Source: an uncultured Gemmatimonadales bacterium | Lineage (GTDB): Bacteria; Gemmatimonadota; Gemmatimonadetes; Gemmatimonadales; GWC2-71-9 | Assembly: GCA_963748815.1 (NCBI GenBank) | Contig: CAVVKJ010000002.1 | Coordinates: 1-41,589 of the forward strand | DNA: 41,589 nt | Reading direction: 5' to 3' | In this document: one piece after another, positions 1-8,296 of the stretch | Numbering within the stretch: position 1 is the stretch's first letter | How the letters are laid out: the number at the start of each line of letters is the position of its first letter | The notes under the pieces: generated by a model | The model's database searches: none | What the model was told of the DNA's origin: nothing | The model's input: the letters and a program-made list of their open reading frames with translations, nothing else | Translations under genes and position numbers: made by a program

Positions 1-2522
1 GCACCCATCTGCGACGGTCCCGCCACCGGCACCGGCACCACCATCATGTTGCGATTGGCGTCCACGTAAAAGAGTTCCCGGCCGCTGTGGGCCCAGAGCG
101 GAGCCTGCGCGCCGCTGGTCGAGACCTGCCATTTCCCGTCTTCCACGTTGGGAAAGGGGCGGATGTACACCTCGTTCCGGCCGGTTTCATCGGAGGCGTA
201 GGCCAGCCACTTCCCGTCGGGCGAGAGTGCCGGTGCCGACTCGTCGGCCTGGGAGCTGGCGAGCAGTTCCTGCGGTGCGCTGTCCACGCCGGGGCGGAAG
301 GCGAGGATGTTGCGCAGTTTGGTGGCGCCATTGCCGCCGATGCGCAGCACGAGCCATGTACCGTCCCGCGACCAGGCGCCTTCGAGGAGGTTTGGTGTGG
401 TCGGGGTCTCGACGAGGACCTGCTCCTGGCCGGTTCCGTCGGCGGGACGCTGGCGGAGAGCGCCGCGCCCGTCCACGACATAGGTGATCGACTTCCCGTC
501 GGGCGTCCAACGCGGACGGACCTCGGAGGTGCTGTCGAATGTCAGCCGGGAGAGCGGGCCGGTCGGCAGTTCCTTGATCCAGATGTCGTCGCCGGAATTG
601 GTGTTGAGCCCCACCGCGAGCCGCTTTCCGTCAGGGGAAAGTGACCAGCCGACGTTTCCGTTGGACAGCGAGTGGCGAAAGGTCCAGCTGGAATCGAGCG
701 CGGTCACTCGACCGGTCCGGTCGATCCAGGCCATCTCCATACAGCGGGAGCTCCCCGCCGCCCGTACCCAACTGCATGATCATGGTGCCGGTGGTGCTGA
801 ACGTCAGGTTCGGGAAGACGCCGAAGAGCAGGGCGACGTTGTCTAGCACCGGGACGGCGGGGCCACGAAGCTCGAGTCGCTTCAGGTCGAAGGGGGCGGC
901 CAGGATGCTCCCGTCTGCTCGGGTGTACGCGAGGTGCCCGGTGGGGAGATACCACCCCTGCAGTGCGTTGGGAACCAGCATGTGGGCGTCGCCCGACTTC
1001 AGGTCGAGCACCCAGAGTTCGGACTGTGCACAGTTGTTGTCGCAGAAGGAGAAGAGCACGCCCCGCGACTCGGGAAGGGCGGAGGGGAACACGGGGGCAC
1101 GTTGCGTCTGGAGGGAGTCCGCCGGTCGCCAGACGACGGTCGCTGGCCCCCCCTGCATCCGAGACCCTTCTCAGGCTGAAGTCCAGATGCGAATAGATCA
1201 GGGTGTGGTCGTCGAGCCAGGCCGCGAGCGGGAAGAGGGTCGAATCCGCCAGCAGGATGACCGCCCCCCCGCCGACGGGCATCTTTTTCAGCTGCCCGAG
1301 CCTGATCGAACGCGATCCATTGCCCGTCGGGGGAGAACGTCGGCGAGGCCGCGTTTCTCGTCCCCGCGAGCGGGGTGGCGGCGAATTGGGACCGCTCCTT
1401 CATCCAGAGCTGCATGCCCCCGTTCTCCGCGGGGCCCTGGTACACCAACCGCGACCCATCGGGCGAGACAGCCAGCAACCCGATCGGAGCCTGACCCTCA
1501 GGGAACCCTAGCCCGTACCGTGCCACCGGCTTGGAAGGCTCCGGCCGGAACCATCCCCATACCGCGGCGATCGTGGCGAGCGCCGCGAGGACGGCCAGCG
1601 GGACGGCAACGCGGGAGAGCCGTCCGTGGCCCCGCATGGCGGGCATCAGCACCGTGGTGGCGGAGCTGTACCCCTTGTCCGCCAGCGCGGCGGAGAACTC
1701 CGCCGCGGTCTTGAAGCGGTCGGCGGGCAGCTTCTGCAGCGACGTCATGACCGCGGCTTCGATGTGGAGCGGGATGGTGCCCCGCTGCGGGATCATTGGC
1801 CGTGGGTTCTCGGTGACGACCCGCGCGACGATGGCCTGTGCGGTGCTTCCGGTGAACGGCGGGTCGCCGGTGAGCATTTCGTAGAGCACGCAGCCCAGAG
1901 CGTACACGTCGCTGCGGGCGGTGATCTCGCGCTCTCCCATGGCCTGCTCGGGGCTCATGTAGTGCGGCGTGCCGAGGGACATGCCGGTCTCGGTCATCCG
2001 GGTGCCGGCGGTGCTCACCGCCAGCGCGATGCCGAAGTCCGCGACGAGGGCGCTGCCATCGTGCAGCAGGATGTTCTCGGGCTTGATATCGCGGTGGATG
2101 ACGCCGTGGCGGTGCGCATAGTCCAGCGCGGCGGCTACCTCGGTGGTGATGCGGATGGCGTCGTCCACCGGGAGCTGCTTCTCGCGGCTGATCCGGTCGC
2201 GGACCGTCTCGCCTTCGACGTACGGCATGACGTAGTAAAGGAATGTTCCTTCCCCGCTTCCCCGCGTCCCCGCTTCCCCGCTGTCGTGTAACGGGAGAAT
2301 GTGAGGATGTTGAAGATTCGCCGTTGTCTTGATTTCACTCAGGAAGCGCTCGGCGCCGATGACCGCCGCCAGCTCGGGCCGCAGCACCTTGATGGCGACC
2401 TTGCGGTCGTGCTTGATGTCCTGGGCCAGGTACACGGTGGCCATGCCGCCCTGGCCGAGCTCGCGCTCGAGGCGGTAGCGGTCGGACAGGGCCTCGGTCA
2501 GGCGGGGGAGGACGTTGGTCAA
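1..2522 (-). CDS. K1: membrane Ser/Thr protein kinase with PD40/TolB-like beta-propeller C-terminus; runs off the left edge; frameshifts near 1290, 1147 and 742
   Basis: TTG start (MTNVLPRLTEALSDRY). Kinase motifs [35 protein letters not shown] helix VAVPLAVLAALATIAAVWGW. The propeller continues in ORF frames 704..1282 and 631..1158, then in an unlisted frame reading LSPDGKWLAYASDETGRNEVYIRPFP to the window end. Confidence 0.9.
2249..2280. repeat. 4 x 8-bp tandem repeat (CTTCCCCG/CGTCCCCG) inside the K1 kinase domain
   Basis: cttccccg-cttccccg-cgtccccg-cttccccg; encodes the K1-specific loop SGEAGTRGSGEG. Confidence 0.85.
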
Positions 2523-2547
2523 ATTACCGTCCAGTCGGCGAAATGAT

Positions 2548-2629
2548 CGTCATTCCGGCGCAAGCCGGAATCCAGGTTCAATGGACCCCGGCGACCCTGC
2601 CCCGGCGAAAGCCGGGGGCCGGGGTGACG
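2548..2629. repeat. Element A copy 1: 82-bp CGTC-tagged REP-like palindromic dimer
   Basis: CGTC-ATTCCGGC-gcaa-GCCGGAAT-cc, then the nested hairpin ACCCCGGC-gaccctg-CCCCGGC-gaaa-GCCGGGG-GCCGGGGT-GACG; near-identical copies at 19875 and 25450. Confidence 0.9.
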
Positions 2630-2642
2630 GCAGGAGTCGATC

Positions 2643-2683
2643 GGTAACCCTATATGATACCGCGAGATATGATGGTCGGCTAG
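2643..2683 (-). promoter_or_regulatory. Element C copy 1: conserved block with candidate -10 (TATCAT on minus strand) upstream of K1
   Basis: ggtaac-N4-tatgataccgcgagata-N4-gg-N-cgg-ctag; same spacing as 11074..11114. Promoter role is inference. Confidence 0.55.
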
Positions 2684-5323
2684 GGAGTGTTTCCCCGCAG
2701 TGTTGCCACCAACCCGGGCAGGTTTTGGAGGACCATGATCCGGGACGCCGGGTTCAGGCGCACCATCACGAAGGTCTTGCCGTCGGGCGAGATGTCGTAG
2801 TTGGCATGCGGCGTGGCGGTGGCCATTTCCGAGACGGGGAACAGCGTCTCCCGGCTGGTCACCGAGAGCAACGCCGTTGTTTGGAGCCTGGCCAACACCA
2901 GGTCCACGCCGCTCCCATTGGACGCCCGATAGAACAGTTCCCGTCCGTTCGGACCCCAGACCGGTTCCGCGCCCCCCGCTAACGAGATCTGGACCTGTTC
3001 CCCCGTGCCATCGAGGCGGCGCACGTACACCTCTTCGCGGCCCGACTGCGACGATGCGAACGCCAGCCAGGTGTTATCGGGGGAAATGGCTGGATACTGC
3101 TCCTCGAACCGGGTGGCCACCAGCGGCTCGATCGGCCCGCGGCCGCCGTTCCGCACGATGCCGATGTCGGTCCGCGACCCTCCTTCGATGCCGGTGCCCG
3201 CCGTCACGATCGCACTCTGGTCCTTCAGCCAGACGCCGGTGTAGCCGAGCTGGGGCGACGCGAAGAGCGATTCGGCCGGCGCCGTGCTCCCGGGACGGAC
3301 CCGATAGACGCCGAGGGTCCCGCTCCGCGTCGAGATGAAGGAGACGAACTGTCCATCGGGGGTCCAGGTGGGGTCGTGGCCATCCTTCAGGAAGGTGGTG
3401 CGAGTGAGGGTGCCGTCGAGAAGGCGAAGGAGCCAGACGTCCCGACCGTCCGGGGATGTGAAGTCCAGCGCCACGCGACTGCCGTCAGGCGAAAATCTGG
3501 GGGAGTGATAATTGTGATTCTGGCCGATGGCGCCCCGAATCCCGCCGGACCGGTCAACGAGCACCAGGGAGCGTGGATCTTCCGGCACATATACGACCGT
3601 GCCGTTGTTGGCGACATCGAATTGTGCGACACCGGTTCCAGTCAGCGAGACGCCGGTGGCGATGGTGACCGGATTCCCGGTGATCTTCATCGCAGCGAGG
3701 TCGAACGGCTGCGCCTCGAGGTTGCCGTTGGTCAGGGCGTATACCAGGAACCCCGCGGCGTACCTCATGTCGACGACATTCTGCTCCAGGAGCGGTGTTG
3801 CCTCGCCGCTCCTCAGGTCCAGGAGAAAGGCCGGCCCCGCGGCACTGCCCAGGCTTCTGCGATTGGCAAGCGCGGTCTGTTCGCCAGGGAAGATGAACAT
3901 CGGGACCAGGTCGGCGTTCCTGGGGCCGAATGGATATGTGATGCTGTCGCCCCGACTGAGCCTCGCAATCCCCCTGTCGATGGTCTGCAGGGCTCCGAAC
4001 CAGAGGGAGCCGTCACCGGCCCAGGTGATGTAGCCGTTGGATTCGAGCTCGGCCGGAATCGGTGTCCCGCTTCCTCCCCCTATGGGATACCGGGCCGCCG
4101 TCCTTGTGGTGAAGTCCCTTGCGACGAATTCTCGGCCGTCTTGGGAAACGGCGTACCCGGCCACAAACTGGGGCACACCCGGTACGACGGTGGCCTCGGT
4201 CTCGTCGAGCGCGCGTGACATCGTGAAGTTTCCGCCGCCCTCGATCGCGGTGTACAGAATTGTGCTCCCGTCCGGAGTGATGGCAATCTGCCGTTGCAAT
4301 CCGGTGCTCGAGCCACCGAGTGTGGGGGTCGGAATCGCGAGCCGCGACGGTGGAAATGACGGCGGCGCGGGCCGGGGTCGGAACCAGCCCCAAAGCGCAA
4401 CCGCGACGGTGGCGGCGAGGAGCCCCAGGAGCAGCGGGCGGGGCCGCGAGGCCGCGGGGCCGCGGGGCCGGGCCCGCCTCATTGGCCCCGTGCCCTGGCC
4501 CTGGAGGGCGGCCGCAAACTCCGCCGCGCGTCGCAAAACGATCGGCCGGCAGCTTGGCCAGCGCGGTGAGGACGGCGTCTTCCACCTCTTCCGGCACGGT
4601 GTCGCGCACCGTCGAGAGCGCCGTCGGCCGCTCCGTCATCACCTTGGCGACGATGGCCTGCGCGGTGCTCCCGGTAAAGGGCGGATCGCCGGCCAGCATC
4701 TCGTAGAGCACGCACCCCAGCGCGTACACATCGGTGCGGGCGTCGAGCTGCCGCTCCCCCATCGCCTGCTCGGGGCTCATGTAGTGCGGCGTGCCGAGCG
4801 ACATGCCGGTTTCCGTCATGCGGGAACCGGCGCTGGTGGCGGCGAGCGCGATGCCGAAGTCGGCCACCAGCGCGCGGCCGTCGTGCAGCAGGATGTTCTC
4901 GGGCTTGATGTCGCGGTGGATGACGCCCTGGCGGTGGGCGTAGTCGAGGGCGCTGGCCACCTCGCCGGCAATCCGCACCGCGTCGGCAATCGGCAGCTGC
5001 TTCTCCCGGCTCAGCCGGTCGCGGAGCGACTCCCCCTCCACGTAGGGCATGACATAGTAGAGGAAGCCGTCGGCCGCGCCGCTGTCGTGCAGCGCCAGGA
5101 TGTGCGGGTGCTGCAGGTTGGCGGTGGTGGTGATCTCGGTGACGAACCGCTCGGCGCCGATGACGGCCGCCAGTTCGGCGCGGAGCACCTTGATGGCCAC
5201 CTTGCGCTTGTGCTTGAGATCTTCGGCCAGGTACACCGTGGCCATGCCGCCCTGGCCGAGCTCACGCTCGATGCGGTAGCGGTCGGAGAGGGCGGCGGCG
5301 AGGCGGGGAAGCGAGTCAGACAC
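2680..5323 (-). CDS. K2: membrane Ser/Thr kinase with beta-propeller sensor; one frameshift near 4530
   Basis: GTG start with GGAG 7 nt upstream. ORF 4013..5323 holds the full kinase domain up to PADRFAT; ORF 2680..4536 continues AAEFAAAL, TM helix, and PD40-type repeats (FSPDGSRVA, WTPDGQ, ISPDNTWLAFASSQSGREEVYV). Confidence 0.9.
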
Positions 5324-5344
5324 GATGGTGCTCCGATGCGTGGT

Positions 5345-8272
5345 TCACGGCGGCCCGAGCGCCGCGCGCTCAGCCACCACGGAATCGCGCTGGGGAACGA
5401 AGACCGAATCTGGGTCGGTCCGGAGTGTGAGGTACCGGTCGAACGCCCGCCGCGCCCCTACAGTATCGCCCGCCAGCGCCGCGAGTCGACCCTCCTGCCG
5501 GAGCAGCGCCGGAAGGGTCCAAAGATACGCGGGATACCAATTGTTCTCCCTGCGCCGGATGGCCGCAAGGGCGCCCGAGACGTCCCCCTGCACCTCTCGG
5601 AGCCGGGCGATGGTCCAGTTGGCCTCCACAACCGGGGCCGCCGGCGGTCCCAGTGTGAGCCACCGCGGTCCGCCTCGCATGAGGGAGTCGAGGGCGTCGA
5701 GCCTCGACGAGCCGCTTCGGTCTCGTCCCCCTTCCAGCATCGCCTCGAGCAGGAGCGGGCAGACGCGAAAGTCGAGCGGCTCCCACTGCTCCAGCGGAAT
5801 CGGCGGGAGATCGACCTTGGCGAACGCGCGGAGCCGCTGAATGGCACGGCGAGTGCCGCTTGTATCGCCCGAGGTGGCCCGGAGCATCTCGGCGAAGCAG
5901 TCCCGGAGCGGTGGCCACTCCGCGGCATCCATCCGGGCCAGCCTCGCGAGCGCCTGGGGTCGGTACTGGGGCTCGACGACCGCTTGCCGGACCAGGTTGG
6001 CCTCGTCCCACGGGGTCGGACTTCCCATGAATCCGTCCCAGGATTCCATGACTCGACCTTCGGCGAGCGCGACGGCGTATTCGCCAAGTTGTGCCGTGGC
6101 CCGCTCCTGTGCCGTCGCGCCTTCCTGGCGCAGCGTCGCGTTTGCCCAGCGGCCATCGGCCAGCGGCAGCGCATCCTGCGCACTGACCAGGGGGATGAAG
6201 ACCAGCCTGCCCATGAAGTCGAAATGGGAGGTCTCCTCCGTCAGCATCCGCCAGCGACGGGCATCCGCGGTATCACCGAGCGCGAGTGCGGCTGCCCAGA
6301 GGCCGCCGGGGTCTCCGGACCCGGAGTCGATCCTGGACTTGAGCAGGCTCGCCATGCGGCGGATGGCCGTGCTATCCCTGACGAACACAGCCAGGTAGAG
6401 CCGCTCCCGAATTGCCGGGGTGAAGCTCGAGTCGAGCGCGATGGCACGGTCCAGCGCATCAGCGGCCCGGGCAGCCCAATCCGGCACGCTGGCGACGGCA
6501 CCGTAGCTCCCGAGGCCACTGCCCAATACGAACCATTGGTCCGGACTGTCCGCCGCATCGCCCGCCGCGCGCTCCGCCTGCGCCAAGATCTCGGCGTAGG
6601 TGGACGGGCCGGGATAATTCGGGCCGACGAAAGTCATGCCGCGGAGCAGCGCGAGATCGCGCGGGCTTAGCCGGTCGCGGAGCCGCCAGAGCGCCGGGAT
6701 CGCCCTGAATCCGGAGGTGTTGAACACCGTGCCGACCAGCGGGTTGGTCGTGACGAGGCCGAAGGCGGCCTGGGCGAAGTTGGAGTCGATCGCGAAGGCG
6801 CTGCTGTCGAGCGCCAGCGCCCTGAAGTAGTCCCCGCGGCGATACGCCTTCCGCGCCGCGAGGTAGTCCTGCAGCGCCTCGAGCGAGGTGGACGCCAGGC
6901 CACCGAGCCGCTCGCGCGACTCACCGGCTTCCTGGCTGAGGAGACGCGCCACGAGCCGGTTGACCAGCACCGCCACGCTGTCGGGCATCCCCGAAACGGA
7001 GCCGTTGGCCAGCTCCTGGCCGTCGGTCACGCGGAGCAGGGAGCCGGTGAGCGTGAGCTCGGTCGGCGTGGCGATGGCGCTGCCGAGGAGGACGCGCCCG
7101 GCGCCGAGCTGCGCGGCGAGTCGCCGGGACTGCTCCTCGGACAGGTCCTCCTGCTCGTCGCTGACCGCCCGTCGCCATGCGCTCAGCGCGGTACGGGGCT
7201 CCACGATGCGCGGTCCCGTCCCGCCAGGGAGCCGCGCGTCGAGGAGGTCGAGCATGGACTCGCGCAAGTATGCGGTGGACTCGCCGCCGACGCGGAACGG
7301 CAAGACGGCGATGACGTCGGGGTCGAGGTGGCTCGTGATGCGGTGTCCCCGGAGCGCCCACCATCCCGCCGTGGCGAGCACGAGCAGGGCGGCCGCGGTG
7401 AGCACCGCGCGTCGAGTCCCTGGCGACCCGGCAGGGGCGGGATCCGCTCGGAGTGCCTCCACGAACCGCGTGACCGAGGCGAAGCGGTCGGCCGGGGAGC
7501 GCTGCATCGCCTTCTGGAGCGCACGGTCCACGGACTCCGGCACGCCGTTCCGCACCACCCGCACCTGGGGGGTCGGCGAGCCCAGCCGCTTGGCGATGAC
7601 TGCCGCGGCGGTCTGGCCGGTGAACGGGGGTTCCCCGGCCAGCATCTCGTACAGCACGCTCGCCAGGGAGTATTGGTCGGACCGGCCGTCCACGTTCGAC
7701 TCGCCGGCCGATTGCTCGGGGCTCATGTAGGCGGGGGTGCCAACCGCCATGCCTGTCGCGGTGAGCTGGTTGCCGCCGGCGGCGTCGATGGCGCGCGCGA
7801 TGCCGAAATCCGCAACCACCGCCTGTCCGCTCGAGAACATGATGTTGTCGGGCTTGATGTCGCGATGAACGATGCCGCGCTCGTGGGCGTAGGAGAGGGC
7901 GGCGGCCACCTGCGCCGTGATTTTCAGGCTGTCTTCGACCGACAGCTGCCGCTCGCGGTGCAGGCGGTCCCGAAGGGTTTCCCCCTCCACGTACGGCATC
8001 ACGTAGTAGAGGAAGCTGTCGGCGCAGCCAGAATCGAAGAGGGGAAGGATGTTCGGATGCTGCAGGCTGGCGGTGGTGGCGATCTCCTGGACGAATCGGT
8101 CCCCGCCCAGCACCGCCGACAGTTCCGGCTTCAGCACCTTGATGGCCACCTTGCGCCTGTGCTTCAGGTCCTCGGCCAGGTACACCGTGGCCATGCCGCC
8201 CTGGCCGAGCTCGCGCTCGATGCGATAGCGGTCGGAGAGGGCGGCGGCGAGACGGGGAAGCGGCTCAGGCAC
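5345..8272 (-). CDS. K3: membrane Ser/Thr kinase with TolB-N-like (IAVLPF) domain and TPR-like helical C-terminus, 975 aa, intact
   Basis: GTG start with [57 protein letters not shown] followed by Ala/Leu-rich helical repeats (ALDRAIALDSSF). Confidence 0.92.
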   Translation of the reverse strand: MPEPLPRLAAALSDRYRIERELGQGGMATVYLAEDLKHRRKVAIKVLKPELSAVLGGDRFVQEIATTASLQHPNILPLFDSGCADSFLYYVMPYVEGETLRDRLHRERQLSVEDSLKITAQVAAALSYAHERGIVHRDIKPDNIMFSSGQAVVADFGIARAIDAAGGNQLTATGMAVGTPAYMSPEQSAGESNVDGRSDQYSLASVLYEMLAGEPPFTGQTAAAVIAKRLGSPTPQVRVVRNGVPESVDRALQKAMQRSPADRFASVTRFVEALRADPAPAGSPGTRRAVLTAAALLVLATAGWWALRGHRITSHLDPDVIAVLPFRVGGESTAYLRESMLDLLDARLPGGTGPRIVEPRTALSAWRRAVSDEQEDLSEEQSRRLAAQLGAGRVLLGSAIATPTELTLTGSLLRVTDGQELANGSVSGMPDSVAVLVNRLVARLLSQEAGESRERLGGLASTSLEALQDYLAARKAYRRGDYFRALALDSSAFAIDSNFAQAAFGLVTTNPLVGTVFNTSGFRAIPALWRLRDRLSPRDLALLRGMTFVGPNYPGPSTYAEILAQAERAAGDAADSPDQWFVLGSGLGSYGAVASVPDWAARAADALDRAIALDSSFTPAIRERLYLAVFVRDSTAIRRMASLLKSRIDSGSGDPGGLWAAALALGDTADARRWRMLTEETSHFDFMGRLVFIPLVSAQDALPLADGRWANATLRQEGATAQERATAQLGEYAVALAEGRVMESWDGFMGSPTPWDEANLVRQAVVEPQYRPQALARLARMDAAEWPPLRDCFAEMLRATSGDTSGTRRAIQRLRAFAKVDLPPIPLEQWEPLDFRVCPLLLEAMLEGGRDRSGSSRLDALDSLMRGGPRWLTLGPPAAPVVEANWTIARLREVQGDVSGALAAIRRRENNWYPAYLWTLPALLRQEGRLAALAGDTVGARRAFDRYLTLRTDPDSVFVPQRDSVVAERAALGPP

Positions 8273-8296
8273 GCGGGTACTCCGGTCGGACGGTCA

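Noticed and set aside
2233..2340. Diversity-generating retroelement template/variable repeat
   Set aside because: Differences from paralogs are synonymous and involve both A and T, not adenine-specific; no reverse transcriptase seen.
2680..4536. Stand-alone propeller genes (2680..4536, 8297..10261, 17181..19004, 22744..23451)
   Set aside because: Each continues an upstream kinase across a one-base shift and is collinear with intact K6.
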